The notes under the pieces were generated by a model that saw only the letters and a list, made by a program, of their open reading frames with translations, did not search any database and was not told where the DNA came from. Positions 1-13,448 of a stretch of DNA of 64,000 nucleotides are shown here, piece by piece. The translations under genes and the position numbers were made by a program. The stretch comes from an uncultured bacterium (GTDB lineage Bacteria > Krumholzibacteriota > Krumholzibacteriia > Krumholzibacteriales > Krumholzibacteriaceae). Position 1 is the first letter of the stretch; every line of letters starts with the position of its first letter. Where the stretch lies: NCBI GenBank assembly GCA_963813815.1, contig CAWFAD010000016.1, forward strand, positions 288,001-352,000, in the 5' to 3' direction.

Positions 1-508
<508 letters not shown>

Positions 509-527
509 ACCGCTCAAAATTATTTAC

Positions 528-556
528 TTGACATGACCTGGGGCGGGTGCTAGATT
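528..556 (+). promoter_or_regulatory. sigma70-type promoter of str operon
   Basis: TTGACA (528-533), 17 nt spacer, TAGATT (551-556), upstream of rpsL. Confidence 0.7.
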
Positions 557-641
557 GCACTTTTGCATCCCACTTTCCGCCCCATCGAGTGGGTATAAGA
601 CACATAACTGATTACCATTGAAGTAATTAAGGGGTTTTGCA

Positions 642-1025
642 GTGCCGACGATCAATCAGCTTGTACGTAAATCACGCGAGGCGGTTCGCAGGAAAACGCA
701 CGCCCCGGCGCTCAAGTCGTGCCCGCAGAAGCGGGGCGTCTGTACGCGCGTCTATACCTCGACGCCGAAGAAGCCGAACTCGGCGATCCGCAAGGTCGCT
801 CGAGTGAGGCTGCAGAACGGCTTCGAGGTGACCTCCTACATTCCTGGCGAGGGGCACAACCTCCAGGAGCACTCGATCGTGCTCATCCGCGGCGGCCGTG
901 TGAAGGATCTTCCCGGCGTCCGGTACCATATCATCCGCGGCGCGCTCGATTCGGCCGGCGTCGAGGGACGAACCGTCAGCCGGTCGAAGTACGGCGTGAA
1001 GAGACCGAAGAAAACGGCCGCTTAA
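642..1025 (+). CDS. rpsL: 30S ribosomal protein S12
   Basis: [32 protein letters not shown] start. Confidence 0.99.
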   Translation: MPTINQLVRKSREAVRRKTHAPALKSCPQKRGVCTRVYTSTPKKPNSAIRKVARVRLQNGFEVTSYIPGEGHNLQEHSIVLIRGGRVKDLPGVRYHIIRGALDSAGVEGRTVSRSKYGVKRPKKTAA

Positions 1026-1044
1026 CAAACGGGAGTAGAACGGA

Positions 1045-1515
1045 ATGCCACGCAGGCGCGAAGTCGTTAAAAGAGATGTTATTCCCGATCCCAAGTACGG
1101 CGACATGCTCCTTTCCCGGCTGGTGAGCTACATGCTCCGTCGCGGGAAACGCGGCACCGCCGAAAAGATCGTGTACGACGCGCTCGATCTCATCGAGCAG
1201 AAAACCGGCCAGAAGGGCCTCGAGGTCATGAGAAAGGCCATCGAGAACGTCAAGCCGGTGCTCGAAGTCACCTCCCGACGCGTCGGCGGCGCCACGTACC
1301 AGGTACCGATCGAGGTCCGGTCCGACCGGAGACTCGCGCTCGCCCTCAGGTGGATCATCGGGTACTCCAAGACCCGTCCCGAGCGCACGATGGCCGAGCG
1401 GCTCGCCTCCGAGCTCATGCTCGCCTACAAGCACGAGGGCCCTTCGATCAAGAAGCGCGAGGATACGCACAAGATGGCCGAGGCCAACAAGGCCTTCGCC
1501 CACTACCGGTGGTAG
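1045..1515 (+). CDS. rpsG: 30S ribosomal protein S7
   Basis: RRVGGATYQVP, HKMAEANKAFAHYRW. Confidence 0.99.
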   Translation: MPRRREVVKRDVIPDPKYGDMLLSRLVSYMLRRGKRGTAEKIVYDALDLIEQKTGQKGLEVMRKAIENVKPVLEVTSRRVGGATYQVPIEVRSDRRLALALRWIIGYSKTRPERTMAERLASELMLAYKHEGPSIKKREDTHKMAEANKAFAHYRW

Positions 1516-1747
1516 CTTGAATGTCGCCCGGCTTATCTGCAGGCCGGGTCGCATAGATCTTTTTGGATGGGTGGGGGGGTGAATCCAAATTGGAGCGCGC
1601 GGCGACGCGGGTTCCAACGAGGGTGAGGGATACAATTGATGAGTAAGCAGACTTTGCTGTACGACACCGTTCGCACGCGGCTCACCTGATTCTGCAAGCC
1701 TCCCGAGTCGGGGCATGGGACAGGTGGCCCCGGCGAGGATGAGGCTG

Positions 1748-3829
1748 ATGGCCAGAGAATTTCCTCTCGAGCAGGTCCGAAACATCGGGATAGCCGCCCA
1801 TATCGACGCGGGCAAGACTACCCTGACGGAGAGGATTCTCTTCTATACGGGCAAGGTGCACCGGATGGGAGAGGTGCATGAGGGCAGCACGGTGATGGAC
1901 TGGATGGACCAGGAACGCGAGCGTGGGATCACGATCATGTCGGCGGCGACGACCTGTTTCTGGAACGACCACAAGGTCAACATCATCGACACCCCCGGCC
2001 ACGTCGATTTCACCGTCGAGGTCGAGCGGAGCATGAGGGTGCTCGACGGTCTCGTCGCCGTCTTCTGCGGCGTCGGCGGCGTCGAGCCCCAGTCCGAGAC
2101 GGTTTGGCGTCAGGCCGACCGTTACTGCATCCCGCGGCTCGCGTTCGTCAACAAGATGGACCGGGTCGGCAGCGATTTCGACAACGTCGTTCGGATGATG
2201 CGCGAGCGGCTCGCCGCGCCGGCCGTGCCGGTCACCCTGCCGATCGGCTCGGGAGACGATCTCATGGGCATCATCGATCTCGTTGACATGCGGGCGACGT
2301 ACTACGACGAGGACAGCCTCGGGGCGGATTACCACGAGGCGGACATACCGAAGAACCTCGCGGCGGCGGCCGCGGAGGCGCGCGATTTCCTCATGCACGC
2401 CCTCGCCGACATCGACGACGGCATACTGCATCACATTCTCGACGGTTCGCAGATCCCGGTCGAGGAGATCCACGCGGCGCTCCGCAAGGGCGTCGTTTCG
2501 GCGAAGATCGTTCCCGTCTTCGCGGGCTCCGCGTTCAAGAACAAGGGGATCCAGAAGGTGCTCGACGCGATCGTCCGGTACCTTCCCGCGCCGAGCGATC
2601 TCCCGCCGGTCAAGGGGATGAATCCCTATACGGAAAAGGAAGAGGAGCGGCCGCCGCTCGACAAGGCGCCGTTCACCGCTCTCGTCTTCAAGGTGCAGAG
2701 CGACAAGTACGTGGGGCGGCTCCACTTCATCCGCGTCTACAGCGGCTCGCTCGCGCAGGGCTCGCAGATCATGAACGCCTCGAGCGAGCGCAAGGAGCGC
2801 GTGAGCCGGATGCTCCGCATGCACGCGAACAAGCGCGAGGAGATCGACGCGATCTTCACCGGGGACATCATCGCCGTCGTGGGGCTCAAGGGGGCCGTCA
2901 CGGGGGACACCCTCTGCGATCCGAAGCATCCGATCCAACTCGAGACGATGCGCTTCCCGGAGCCCGTGATCTCGGTCGCGATCGAGCCGAAGACGAAGGC
3001 GGACGTGGACAAGATGATGAACGCGCTCCAGCAGCTCAGCGTCGAGGATCCGACGTTCCGCATGAAGATAGACGGCGAAACGGGGCAGACGATCATCTCG
3101 GGGATGGGCGAGCTCCATCTCGAGATCCTCGTCGACCGGATGCTGCGGGAGTTCGACGTGGGGGCCACGGTCGGCCGCCCGCAGGTCGCCTACAAGGAAA
3201 CGATCACGACTCCGTGCCGCTCCGAGGGACGGTTCGTCCGCCAGAGCGGGGGCCGGGGTCAATTCGGCGTCGTCGTGCTCGAGATCGAACCGTCGCCCGG
3301 CGCGGGTTTCGTTTTCGAGAACCGCATCCGGGACGGCTCGGTTCCGAAGCAGTACATCCAATACGTCGAGGTCGGCGTGCGGGATTCGATGGTGAGCGGG
3401 CCGCTCGGCGGCTATCCCGTCGTGGACGTGAAGGTCTCGCTCGTCGACGGTGCCTATCACGAGGTTGACTCGAGCGACATCGCCTTCCGCGCGGCGGCGA
3501 GCATCGCCTTTACGGACGGCCTGCGCCGCTCCGCGCCCGTGCTGCTCGAGCCGGTCATGAATCTCGAGGTCGTTCTCCCCGTCGAGTACGTCGGCGAGGT
3601 CATCAACGACATCAATATGCGAAGAGGCAAGGTCGAAGGGATGTTCCACCGAGCGAACGCGCAGGTCATAACGGCGCGGGCGCCCCTCTCCGATATGTTC
3701 GGATACGCGACGAGTCTCCGGTCCCTCACCCAGGGCCGGGCGGTGTACACCATGCAGTTCTCGCATTACGACCGGGTGCCGCCGGAGATCATCATGGACA
3801 AGCTCGGCCATGTGACGGGCCTTGCGTGA
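1748..3829 (+). CDS. fusA: Elongation factor G
   Basis: [34 protein letters not shown]; start placed at ATG 1748. Confidence 0.98.
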   Translation: MAREFPLEQVRNIGIAAHIDAGKTTLTERILFYTGKVHRMGEVHEGSTVMDWMDQERERGITIMSAATTCFWNDHKVNIIDTPGHVDFTVEVERSMRVLDGLVAVFCGVGGVEPQSETVWRQADRYCIPRLAFVNKMDRVGSDFDNVVRMMRERLAAPAVPVTLPIGSGDDLMGIIDLVDMRATYYDEDSLGADYHEADIPKNLAAAAAEARDFLMHALADIDDGILHHILDGSQIPVEEIHAALRKGVVSAKIVPVFAGSAFKNKGIQKVLDAIVRYLPAPSDLPPVKGMNPYTEKEEERPPLDKAPFTALVFKVQSDKYVGRLHFIRVYSGSLAQGSQIMNASSERKERVSRMLRMHANKREEIDAIFTGDIIAVVGLKGAVTGDTLCDPKHPIQLETMRFPEPVISVAIEPKTKADVDKMMNALQQLSVEDPTFRMKIDGETGQTIISGMGELHLEILVDRMLREFDVGATVGRPQVAYKETITTPCRSEGRFVRQSGGRGQFGVVVLEIEPSPGAGFVFENRIRDGSVPKQYIQYVEVGVRDSMVSGPLGGYPVVDVKVSLVDGAYHEVDSSDIAFRAAASIAFTDGLRRSAPVLLEPVMNLEVVLPVEYVGEVINDINMRRGKVEGMFHRANAQVITARAPLSDMFGYATSLRSLTQGRAVYTMQFSHYDRVPPEIIMDKLGHVTGLA

Positions 3830-3844
3830 AGGAGGTAGGTTCTC

Positions 3845-5053
<1,209 letters not shown>

Positions 5054-5079
5054 ACACTGGCGCGGATGGAGGTTGCCCG

Positions 5080-5388
5080 GTGGACGGACAGCGGATACGG
5101 ATTAAGCTCAAGGCGTACGAGCACTCGATGCTCGATCGCAGCGCCGAAGAGATCGTGAAGACCGCGCGGCGAACCGGTGCGGACGTGTCGGGACCGATTC
5201 CGCTTCCGACGAAACGCACCGTGTACACCGTCCTGCGGTCGCCGCACGTCAACAAGAAGTCGCGCGAACAGTTCGAGATTCGAGTCCACAAGAGACTCAT
5301 CTATCTCACGAACGTGACGACGAAAGCGGTTGACGCGCTGCAGAAACTCGATCTCCCGGCCGGGGTCGACATCGAGATCAAGGTTTGA
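5080..5388 (+). CDS. rpsJ: 30S ribosomal protein S10
   Basis: [29 protein letters not shown]. Confidence 0.99.
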   Translation: MDGQRIRIKLKAYEHSMLDRSAEEIVKTARRTGADVSGPIPLPTKRTVYTVLRSPHVNKKSREQFEIRVHKRLIYLTNVTTKAVDALQKLDLPAGVDIEIKV

Positions 5389-5402
5389 TCGGGGAGGGAG
5401 CG

Positions 5403-6023
5403 ATGCGAGGGCTAATCGGCAAGAAGATCGGCATGACGCACCTGTTCGAGGCGGACGGAACGCAGGTTCCCGTTTCCGTCATCCAGGTGGGCCCCTGCCC
5501 CGTCGTTCAGGTGAAGTCGGTGAAGAAAGACGGGTACGGGGCGATCCAGCTCGGGTTCGACGCCGTGCGTCCGACGAAGGTGAAGCTCGCGCAGGTCGGC
5601 CACTGCAGGAAGGCGAACCTTCCCGTGTACCGGACGCTACAGGAGTTCCGCGTCGAGAACGCGGACGAGTTCGAGGCGGGACAGGTCATCGACCTCACGG
5701 TCTTCAAGGAGGTCGCGAAGGTCGACGTGACGGGCAAATCGAAGGGCCGCGGATTCACGGGGCTCCAGAAGCGCCACAACTTCCACGGCGGTCCCAAGAC
5801 GCACGGATCCAAGTCGCACAACGTGGCGGGCTCGATCGGAAGCTCGGCCTATCCGTCGCGCGTCATGAAGGGAAAGCGGATGGCGGGGCGGACGGGTTAC
5901 ACGCAGTTCACCGTCAAGAATCTCAAAGTGGTCGAGATCGATCTCGAGAACAATCTCATGATGGTGCGGGGTGCCGTTCCGGGCGCCGTCAACACGATAC
6001 TGAGAATCACGGCGTCCTCGTAG
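5403..6023 (+). CDS. rplC: 50S ribosomal protein L3
   Basis: GLIGKKIGMT, DGY.AIQLG, DVTGKSKGRGF; position in S10 operon. Confidence 0.98.
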   Translation: MRGLIGKKIGMTHLFEADGTQVPVSVIQVGPCPVVQVKSVKKDGYGAIQLGFDAVRPTKVKLAQVGHCRKANLPVYRTLQEFRVENADEFEAGQVIDLTVFKEVAKVDVTGKSKGRGFTGLQKRHNFHGGPKTHGSKSHNVAGSIGSSAYPSRVMKGKRMAGRTGYTQFTVKNLKVVEIDLENNLMMVRGAVPGAVNTILRITASS

Positions 6024-6044
6024 GCGGGATGCAGAGGTACACTC

Positions 6045-6674
6045 ATGGCGAACGCGAAACTATACGATTTCAGCGGCAACTACAAGGGCACGGTGGAGCT
6101 CCCGGCGACGCTCTTCGATCAGCCGGTCAACAAGGGCGTCCTCTATGACTCGGTGAAGCAGTACCTGGCGAACCAGCGCCGGGGCACGGCGAAGGCCAAG
6201 ACGCGCAGCGAGGTCAGCTACAGCACGAAGAAGCCCTGGCGGCAAAAGGGAACGGGCCGGGCGCGCGCCGGCATGCGGAGCTCTCCGATCTGGCGGCACG
6301 GCGGCGTCGTGTTCGGGCCGCACCCGCGCGATTACCACTACACGATCCCGCGCAAGGTGAGGCGCCGGGCGATCGCCTCGGCCCTCAGCGACAAGGGCCG
6401 CGGGGAAGGGGTCTTCGTCGTCGAGGGGATCGCGCTCGAGGCGCCGAAGACGAAGCCCTTCGCGGGCTTTCTGCGGGCGGCCGGCCTCGGCGGCAAGCGG
6501 GTGCTCTTCGTGACCGACTCGTGGAACGACACCGTGTTCCGCTCGATGCGGAACATCCCCGGCGTCGAGATGACGCTCGGCCGCAATCTGAACGCGTACG
6601 GCATCCTTCGTGCCGAGATTCTTCTCTTCACGAAGGAAGGGCTCTCCTCCCTCGAAGGGGTGTTTGCGCAGTGA
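6045..6674 (+). CDS. rplD: 50S ribosomal protein L4
   Basis: [21 protein letters not shown]. Confidence 0.98.
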   Translation: MANAKLYDFSGNYKGTVELPATLFDQPVNKGVLYDSVKQYLANQRRGTAKAKTRSEVSYSTKKPWRQKGTGRARAGMRSSPIWRHGGVVFGPHPRDYHYTIPRKVRRRAIASALSDKGRGEGVFVVEGIALEAPKTKPFAGFLRAAGLGGKRVLFVTDSWNDTVFRSMRNIPGVEMTLGRNLNAYGILRAEILLFTKEGLSSLEGVFAQ

Positions 6675-6973
6675 AGGATTTGTACCAGATCATACTGAAG
6701 CCGATCATCACCGAGCGGACCAACTCGCTCAAGGAAACGACGAACTCGTTCGTCTTCGACGTTCATCCGGGCGCGAACAAGCGCGAGATCAAGCTCGCCG
6801 TCGAGAAGCTCTTCAACGTGAAGGTGAAGGACGTCCATACCTCGATCCTTCGCGGGAAACCCAAGAAGATGCTCATGAAGGGCGGACGGTTTCTCGGCAA
6901 GAGGCCCGATCGCAAGCGGGCGATCGTGAAGCTCGCCGAGGGGCAGAATATAGAGTTATTCGACCAGGTGTAG
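6671..6973 (+). CDS. rplW: 50S ribosomal protein L23
   Basis: [30 protein letters not shown] start overlapping rplD stop. Confidence 0.97.
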   Translation: MKDLYQIILKPIITERTNSLKETTNSFVFDVHPGANKREIKLAVEKLFNVKVKDVHTSILRGKPKKMLMKGGRFLGKRPDRKRAIVKLAEGQNIELFDQV

Positions 6974-7052
6974 TTCGTCGCTCACCTCCCGCGCCGCGGG
7001 GGGCGTGACGCGGATGCCGCGAAAGCGGCGCTACGCAAAGAGGAACGGACCG

Positions 7053-7883
7053 ATGGGAATCAAGAAATTCAAGCCGATAACCCCGGGGCAGCGGTACAAG
7101 ACCGTCATCGATTACTCGGTGCTCACGAAGAAACCGCCCGAGAAATCGCTCCTCGAGCCGCTCCGCAAAACGGGTGGCCGGAACAACGACGGCCACATCA
7201 CGAGCCGGCACATCGGCGGCGGCCACAAGCAGATGTACCGCATCGTCGATTTCAAGCGGAACAAGATCGGCATCCCGGCGACGGTGAGCTCGCTCGAGTA
7301 CGATCCGAACCGCTCGGCGTTCATCTCGCTCCTCACGTACCGCGACGGCGAGAAGCGCTACATCATCGCGCCGCACGGGATACAGGTCGGCGACACGCTT
7401 GTCTCGGGCCCCGACGCCGATATCCACCCGGGCAACTCGCTCCCGCTCGAGAAGATCCCGACGGGGCTCTTCGTGCACAACATCGAGCTCATCGCCGGCC
7501 GCGGCGGACAGATGGCCCGGAGCGCCGGTTCCTACGCCCAGCTCATGGCGAAGGAGGGGACGCACGTCCTCCTGCGGCTGCCGAGCGGCGAGATCCGCAA
7601 GGTCCGCAAGGAATGCTACGCGACGATCGGCCAGGTCAGCAACATCGACTACGAGAACATCTCGATCGGCAAGGCCGGCCGGACGCGCTGGCTCGGCCGG
7701 AGGCCGAAGGTCAGAGGCGTCGCGATGAACCCGGTCGACCATCCGCTCGGCGGAGGCGAGGGGAAGAGCTCCGGCGGCCGCCACCCGGTGACCCCGTGGG
7801 GCAAGCCGACGAAGGGATACAAGACGCGCGATCGCAAAAAGCAATCGAGCAAGTATATCGTTCATAGGAGAAAAAAGAAGTAA
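7053..7883 (+). CDS. rplB: 50S ribosomal protein L2
   Basis: [32 protein letters not shown]. Confidence 0.99.
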   Translation: MGIKKFKPITPGQRYKTVIDYSVLTKKPPEKSLLEPLRKTGGRNNDGHITSRHIGGGHKQMYRIVDFKRNKIGIPATVSSLEYDPNRSAFISLLTYRDGEKRYIIAPHGIQVGDTLVSGPDADIHPGNSLPLEKIPTGLFVHNIELIAGRGGQMARSAGSYAQLMAKEGTHVLLRLPSGEIRKVRKECYATIGQVSNIDYENISIGKAGRTRWLGRRPKVRGVAMNPVDHPLGGGEGKSSGGRHPVTPWGKPTKGYKTRDRKKQSSKYIVHRRKKK

Positions 7884-7961
7884 CCGGCGGTTCCGGGGCC
7901 GCGCGGCGGCCCGGGGCGCCCCGCCGCCCTCGGGGCGCTCGAAAGACGGCATGGAGGTTCG

Positions 7962-8240
7962 ATGACACGATCGTTGAAAAAAGGCCCCTTCATCGACGAG
8001 AACCTGCTCGGCAGGATCGAACAGCTCAATGACGCGGGCGACAAGAAGGTCGTCAGGACCTGGGCGCGCCGCTCGACGATCTCACCCGAGTTCGTGGGGC
8101 ACACGCTCGCGATCCACAACGGCAACAAGTTCATCCCGGTGTTCATCACCGAGAACATGGTCGGGCACAAGCTCGGCGAGTTCGTGCCGACGCGGACCTA
8201 CCGCGGGCACCCGGGCGTAAAGAAGGCTGCGGCGACGTAA
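7962..8240 (+). CDS. rpsS: 30S ribosomal protein S19
   Basis: [17 protein letters not shown]. Confidence 0.99.
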   Translation: MTRSLKKGPFIDENLLGRIEQLNDAGDKKVVRTWARRSTISPEFVGHTLAIHNGNKFIPVFITENMVGHKLGEFVPTRTYRGHPGVKKAAAT

Positions 8241-8241
8241 T

Positions 8242-8613
8242 ATGGCGGAGGTAGCTGAAATGGAAGCACGCGCGATCGCGCGGCATGTGCGGGTTTCACC
8301 GAGAAAGGCCGGTATTATCGCCGACCTCGTTCGGGGAAAATCGGTCGAGTATGCCCTCGAGATTCTCAAGTTCTCGACGCGGACGGCGTCGACGCCGATA
8401 CTGAAAACAGTCACGTCCGCGATGCACAACCTCGCCGGCAAGATGGAGCATCCCGTCGAGCCGAAGGACATGGGGATCAAGTCGATCACGATCGGCGAAG
8501 GCCGCACGATGTACCGGATCAAGCCGCGGGCGCAGGGACGCGCTTACCGGATTCGCATACGGAGCAGCCACATCACCGTGGTTGTCGAACATACGGGCGT
8601 CATCGAAGCGTAA
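8242..8613 (+). CDS. rplV: 50S ribosomal protein L22
   Basis: RVSPRKA, PRAQGRA, SHITVVV. Confidence 0.97.
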   Translation: MAEVAEMEARAIARHVRVSPRKAGIIADLVRGKSVEYALEILKFSTRTASTPILKTVTSAMHNLAGKMEHPVEPKDMGIKSITIGEGRTMYRIKPRAQGRAYRIRIRSSHITVVVEHTGVIEA

Positions 8614-8627
8614 CACGAGGAGGAATC

Positions 8628-9311
8628 TTGGGACAGAAAACCAATCCCATAGGGCTCCGGCTCGGCATCAACCGCCTTTGGGATTCGATGTGGTTCGCGC
8701 AGAAGAATTTCGCGAAATGGCTCGAAGAAGACGTCATGATACGCAAGTATATCAAGAAGCGCCTCGCACGAGCCGGCGTGGCGAAGATCGAGATCGAGCG
8801 GAGAGGCGACAAGGTGCGGGTGCACATACACACGGCGCGGCCGGGAATGGTGATCGGGCGGAAGGGAGCCGAGGTCGATTTCCTCAGCGAGGAGATGGCG
8901 CACCTCACCGGCAAGAACGTGCAGATCGACATCAAGGAAGTGAAGCGTCCCGAGCTCAACGCGATGCTCGTCGCCGAGCACATCGCCGGCCAGATCGAGC
9001 AGCGCGTCTCCTATCGCCGGGCGATGAAGAAGGCGATCGGCTCCGCGATGCGCATGGGAGCTTTCGGCATAAAGCTCAAGACGAGCGGCCGTCTCGGCGG
9101 GGCCGAGATGTCGCGCGTCGAGGGATACATGGACGGCCGGGTGCCGCTGCATACGCTGCGCGCCAACATCGATTTCGCGCGGGCGACAGCGTTCACGACG
9201 TACGGCACGGTCGGCGTCAAGGTGTGGATGTACCTCGGCGAGCTCTTCCCGAAGGATTTCAAGCGCCAGATCAGTGAGGCGGCGGTCGACGAGGGTTCCC
9301 GGACGCGCTGA
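8628..9311 (+). CDS. rpsC: 30S ribosomal protein S3
   Basis: [33 protein letters not shown] start. Confidence 0.99.
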   Translation: MGQKTNPIGLRLGINRLWDSMWFAQKNFAKWLEEDVMIRKYIKKRLARAGVAKIEIERRGDKVRVHIHTARPGMVIGRKGAEVDFLSEEMAHLTGKNVQIDIKEVKRPELNAMLVAEHIAGQIEQRVSYRRAMKKAIGSAMRMGAFGIKLKTSGRLGGAEMSRVEGYMDGRVPLHTLRANIDFARATAFTTYGTVGVKVWMYLGELFPKDFKRQISEAAVDEGSRTR

Positions 9312-9337
9312 CGCTCGAGACAAGGGGTTGATTGGCA

Positions 9338-9766
9338 ATGTTGATGCCGAAACGAACGAAGTACCGCAAGCAGCAGCGCGGACGCCGGCGCGGGATGGCG
9401 ACGCGGGGCGCGAGCATCGAGTTCGGAACGTACGCGCTCCAGACCGAGGACCCCGCATGGGTCACGAACCGCCAGATCGAGGCGGCGCGCGTCGCGATCA
9501 TGCGCCACATCAAGCGCACCGGCAAGCTCTGGATCCGGATCTTCCCGGACAAGCCCGTGACGGTGAAGCCGGCGGAGACGCGCATGGGCAAAGGCAAGGG
9601 AGCTCCGGAGTTCTGGGTGGCGGTCGTGAAACCGGGGCGGATCCTGTTCGAGCTCGAGGGAGTCGACCATGAGGAGGCCCGGCAGGCGATGCGACTCGCT
9701 TCCTCCAAGCTCCCGATGAAGACGAAGTTCGTGCGCCGGGTGGCGACGGGGAAGGTAACGGGTTAA
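9338..9766 (+). CDS. rplP: 50S ribosomal protein L16
   Basis: [27 protein letters not shown]. Confidence 0.99.
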   Translation: MLMPKRTKYRKQQRGRRRGMATRGASIEFGTYALQTEDPAWVTNRQIEAARVAIMRHIKRTGKLWIRIFPDKPVTVKPAETRMGKGKGAPEFWVAVVKPGRILFELEGVDHEEARQAMRLASSKLPMKTKFVRRVATGKVTG

Positions 9767-9768
9767 CG

Positions 9769-10008
9769 ATGAAGGTAACCGAACTGAGAGACATGACCAT
9801 CGCCGAGCTCGCGTCGCGCGCGACGGAGCTCGCCGAGGAAATCGCCCGGATGCGGATGCAGCTCGCCCTGAAGAGGCTCGACAATCCGCTCAAGGTGCGC
9901 ACGACGCGTCGCGAGCTCGCCCGCGTCAGAACCATCATGAACGAGAAGCTGAGCGCCGGCGCCGCCGAGACGCCGGCCCCTGCGAACGCCGGAACGAAGA
10001 AGGCCTAG
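9769..10008 (+). CDS. rpmC: 50S ribosomal protein L29
   Basis: ELRDMT..EL, RRELARVRT; operon position. Confidence 0.95.
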   Translation: MKVTELRDMTIAELASRATELAEEIARMRMQLALKRLDNPLKVRTTRRELARVRTIMNEKLSAGAAETPAPANAGTKKA

Positions 10009-10045
10009 GGCCGCGAACTGGCACGGAGACTGACGAGGAGAAGGT

Positions 10046-10303
10046 ATGGAAACGAGAAAGCCCCGGAAAACACTGGTCGGGCGCGTCGTGAGCGACAAGA
10101 TGGCGAAGACCGTCACCGTCTCCGTCGAGCGCCGGTTCCAGCATCCGCGCTACAAGAAGATCGTGAAGCGGACCGCGACGGTCCACGCCCACGACGAGGA
10201 GCGCGGCGCCCACGTCGGCGACCTCGTGCGGGTCATGTCGGCGCGGCCGCTCTCCAAGATGAAGCGGTGGCGCGTCGTGGAAATCCTCGAGAAGGCGAAG
10301 TAG
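10046..10303 (+). CDS. rpsQ: 30S ribosomal protein S17
   Basis: GRVVSDKMAKTVTV, RPLSK.KRW. Confidence 0.98.
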   Translation: METRKPRKTLVGRVVSDKMAKTVTVSVERRFQHPRYKKIVKRTATVHAHDEERGAHVGDLVRVMSARPLSKMKRWRVVEILEKAK

Positions 10304-10312
10304 GAGTCGACG

Positions 10313-10681
10313 ATGATCAAGACGTATACGAATCTCGTTGTGGCCGACAACTCCGGCGCGAAGAGCGTGCGGTGCATCCGCGTGCTGGGCGGCACGAGGC
10401 GCCGCTACGCGCACGTGGGCGATATCATCGCGGCCAACGTCAAGATGGCGATCGCCGGCTCGGCGATCAAAAAGGGACAGGTCGTGAAATGCGTCGTCGT
10501 CCGCACGCGAAAAGAGACGCGGCGCAAGGACGGCACCTACATCCGCTTCGACCAGAACGCGGCGGTGCTCATCAATGAACAGCTCGAGCCGATCGGCACG
10601 CGCATCTTCGGGCCGGTCGCGCGGGAACTCCGGGACAAGCGATTCATGAAAATCGTCTCGCTCGCTCCCGAGGTAATCTAG
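10313..10681 (+). CDS. rplN: 50S ribosomal protein L14
   Basis: [30 protein letters not shown]. Confidence 0.99.
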   Translation: MIKTYTNLVVADNSGAKSVRCIRVLGGTRRRYAHVGDIIAANVKMAIAGSAIKKGQVVKCVVVRTRKETRRKDGTYIRFDQNAAVLINEQLEPIGTRIFGPVARELRDKRFMKIVSLAPEVI

Positions 10682-10697
10682 CGAAACGGGAAGTACG

Positions 10698-11009
10698 ATG
10701 AAGATCAAAAAGAACGATCTCGTAAAGGTGATCTCGGGCGATTCGAAGGGGCTCGAGGGCAAGGTGCTCAAGGTGTTCCCCGAGAGGGACCGCGTGATCG
10801 TGGAGAAGGTCCGCCTCGTGAAGCGCCACACGCGGGTGCAGCGCGGCCAGGTCCAGCAGGGGGGCATCATCGAGAAAGAGGCGCCGATACACGCCTCCGA
10901 CGTCAAGCTCATGTGCCCGAAGTGCAACCAGCCGACGAGAACGGCCGTCTCCGTCCTCGCCGATGGCAAGCGGGCTCGGCAGTGCAAGAAGTGCAAGGAG
11001 AGATTCTAG
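10698..11009 (+). CDS. rplX: 50S ribosomal protein L24 (CxxC...CxxC-containing)
   Basis: IKKND.VKVISG, EAPIHASDV, CPKC...CKKC. Confidence 0.97.
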   Translation: MKIKKNDLVKVISGDSKGLEGKVLKVFPERDRVIVEKVRLVKRHTRVQRGQVQQGGIIEKEAPIHASDVKLMCPKCNQPTRTAVSVLADGKRARQCKKCKERF

Positions 11010-11012
11010 GCC

Positions 11013-11573
11013 ATGGCGAACACGCAGTACGTACCGAATATCAAGGGCCGGTACCTCGAGAAGGCGGTGCCGGAGATGATGAAGAAGTTCGGATACCGCA
11101 ACATCATGCAGGCGCCGCGCCTCGTGAAGATCAACGTCAACATGGGGGTCGGCGAGGCGATCACCGACGCGAAGATACTCGAAGCGGCGGTGAAGGATCT
11201 CGGCACGATCACGGGACAGCGGCCGGTGACCACCCGGTCGAAGGCCGCCATCGCCGGGTTCAAGCTCCGCGCGGGCATCCCGATCGGTTGCTTCGTGACG
11301 CTGCGGCACCAGCGCATGTTCGAGTTCTTCGATCGCCTCGTGAACGTAGCGATCCCGCGAATCCGCGACTTCCGCGGCCTTTCGCCGAAGAGCTTTGACG
11401 GGCGCGGCAACTACTCCTTCGGCGTGAAGGAACACATAATTTTCCCGGAGATCGACTACGACAAGGTTCTCAAGGTCATGGGCATGGATGTCACGATCGT
11501 GACGACGGCCAAGACGGACGAGGAAGCGCGCGAGCTTCTCGCTCTCCTCGGCATGCCGTTCCGCCAGGCCTGA
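11013..11573 (+). CDS. rplE: 50S ribosomal protein L5
   Basis: [31 protein letters not shown]. Confidence 0.99.
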   Translation: MANTQYVPNIKGRYLEKAVPEMMKKFGYRNIMQAPRLVKINVNMGVGEAITDAKILEAAVKDLGTITGQRPVTTRSKAAIAGFKLRAGIPIGCFVTLRHQRMFEFFDRLVNVAIPRIRDFRGLSPKSFDGRGNYSFGVKEHIIFPEIDYDKVLKVMGMDVTIVTTAKTDEEARELLALLGMPFRQA

Positions 11574-11590
11574 CCGGAAAAGGAGCATCC

Positions 11591-11776
11591 GTGGCGAAGA
11601 AATGCCTGATAGCGAAAGCGAAGCGGCAGCCGAAGTTCAAGGTGCGCTCGTATCATCGCTGCAGCCGGTGCGGCCGGCCGCGCGCGTACCTTCGCAAGTT
11701 CGGCGTGTGCCGTATCTGCTTCCGCGAGCTCGCCCTCGAGGGAAAGATCCCGGGCGTCGTCAAGGCGAGCTGGTAA
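11591..11776 (+). CDS. rpsN: 30S ribosomal protein S14, short zinc-binding type
   Basis: 61 aa, RCSRCGRPR...[16 protein letters not shown]. Confidence 0.98.
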   Translation: MAKKCLIAKAKRQPKFKVRSYHRCSRCGRPRAYLRKFGVCRICFRELALEGKIPGVVKASW

Positions 11777-11816
11777 CGTATTCGAACGTACATCGATTCG
11801 ACGAGGTGATGGCGTA

Positions 11817-12212
11817 ATGATGACCGACCCGATGGCCGACATGCTGACGCGGATCCGGAACGGGATCAAGGAGAAGAAGGCGTACGCCGATATTCCGGCC
11901 TCGCGCTTGAAGGCGCAGGTCGCCAAGGTTCTCCTCGATCACGGCTACGTGAAGAACGTCAAGTACCTGGACGACAACAAGCAGGGCATGCTCCGCGTGT
12001 ATCTCAAGTACGACGAGGCGAAGCAGAGCGCGATCGAGGGCCTGCGTCGCGTTTCCCTCGCGAGCCGCCGCGTGTATGTCACCAAGGACCGCCTTCCGCG
12101 CGTTCAGGGAGGCTACGGCACGGCGATCATCTCGACCTCGAAGGGGATTTTGACCGATAAGGAGTGCCGCGCGATCGGCGTGGGCGGAGAAGTTCTCTGC
12201 TACGTCTGGTAG
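11817..12212 (+). CDS. rpsH: 30S ribosomal protein S8
   Basis: [27 protein letters not shown]. Confidence 0.99.
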   Translation: MMTDPMADMLTRIRNGIKEKKAYADIPASRLKAQVAKVLLDHGYVKNVKYLDDNKQGMLRVYLKYDEAKQSAIEGLRRVSLASRRVYVTKDRLPRVQGGYGTAIISTSKGILTDKECRAIGVGGEVLCYVW

Positions 12213-12273
12213 CGTGACGCCCCCGCGCCGCGCGGCCGCGGCGGCGGGAAGCTCATGGAGGTTCACAGCCGTT

Positions 12274-12822
12274 ATGTCGCGAGTTGGAAAAAATCCGGTA
12301 CCGGTCCCCGCGGGAGTCACCGCCGAGATTCACGGCAGCGTGATCACCGTCAAGGGTCCGAAGGGTGAGCTCACGCGGACGCTCCATTCCGATATGGTGA
12401 TCGAGATCGCCTCGGGCTCCGTGACGGTGAAGCGCCCGAGCGATTCGAAGCTTCACAAATCCCTGCACGGTCTCACGCGGACGCTCGTCGCGAACATGGT
12501 GACGGGCGTGTCGCAGGGATACGAGAAGAAGCTCGAGATCGAGGGTGTCGAGTACCGGGCCGAGATTAAGGGTACGGCGCTCATGCTCAGCCTCGGATTC
12601 GCGTACCCGAAGCGGTACGACCCCCGACCCGGGATCACGATCACGCTCGCCGATCCGAGAAAGATCACGATCACGGGGATCGACAAGGAGAAGGTCGGCC
12701 AGACGGCCGCCGAGATCAGGCGCATGCGGCCCCCCGAGCCGTACAAGGGCAAGGGCATCAGGTACGCCGGCGAGCAGATCAAGCGGAAGGCCGGTAAGGC
12801 CGCCGTCGGCACGGGACTCTAA
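12274..12822 (+). CDS. rplF: 50S ribosomal protein L6
   Basis: MSRVGK.P, VKGPKGEL, PEPYKGKGIRY. Confidence 0.98.
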   Translation: MSRVGKNPVPVPAGVTAEIHGSVITVKGPKGELTRTLHSDMVIEIASGSVTVKRPSDSKLHKSLHGLTRTLVANMVTGVSQGYEKKLEIEGVEYRAEIKGTALMLSLGFAYPKRYDPRPGITITLADPRKITITGIDKEKVGQTAAEIRRMRPPEPYKGKGIRYAGEQIKRKAGKAAVGTGL

Positions 12823-12900
12823 CAGACGCGCCGCCCTGCGGCGGGACGAAGTTGTCCCGTCCCGCGCGGCGCCGGCAATGAACGCTGGGAGCGAGAACAG

Positions 12901-13398
12901 GTGAAACGGAACATCCATCGCGAGAAGAGGCGCGCGCGGCAGCGGCGCCACGAGCGGGTCCGGGACAAGATTCACGGAACGGCCGCGCGGCCGAGGCTCT
13001 GCGTCACGCGAAGCCTCACCCATATCTACGCGCAAGTCATCGACGACGAATCGGGCCGCACGCTCGCCTCGGCGTCGAGCCTCAAGCTCGTGTTCCCGCC
13101 CGCCGAGCAGCCGGCCGCGGCGCCGGAGCAACCCGCGGAGGCCGCGGGCGCGGGAAAAGGCGAGAAGGGCGAGAAGGGCGAGAAGGGCGAGAAGAGCGAG
13201 AAGGGCGGCAAGGGAAAGAAGCCCGCGCGCCCGATGAGTCTCAAGATGCGCCGCTCGGTCGAGGTCGGGAAGCTCATCGCCCAGACCGCGATTGCGAAGG
13301 GTATCAAGGCCGTCGCGTTCGACCGCGGCGGATATCTCTATCATGGAAGAGTCGCCGCGCTCGCGAAGGCCGCGAGGGAAGGCGGGCTCGAGTTCTAG
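12901..13398 (+). CDS. rplR: 50S ribosomal protein L18 with internal low-complexity insertion
   Basis: [40 protein letters not shown]; (GEK)n insert. Confidence 0.97.
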   Translation: MKRNIHREKRRARQRRHERVRDKIHGTAARPRLCVTRSLTHIYAQVIDDESGRTLASASSLKLVFPPAEQPAAAPEQPAEAAGAGKGEKGEKGEKGEKSEKGGKGKKPARPMSLKMRRSVEVGKLIAQTAIAKGIKAVAFDRGGYLYHGRVAALAKAAREGGLEF

Positions 13399-13448
13399 GA
13401 CGGAGGCGCCCGCTCGGGCGCCGCACATCATCCGCGGGGGTATGACCG

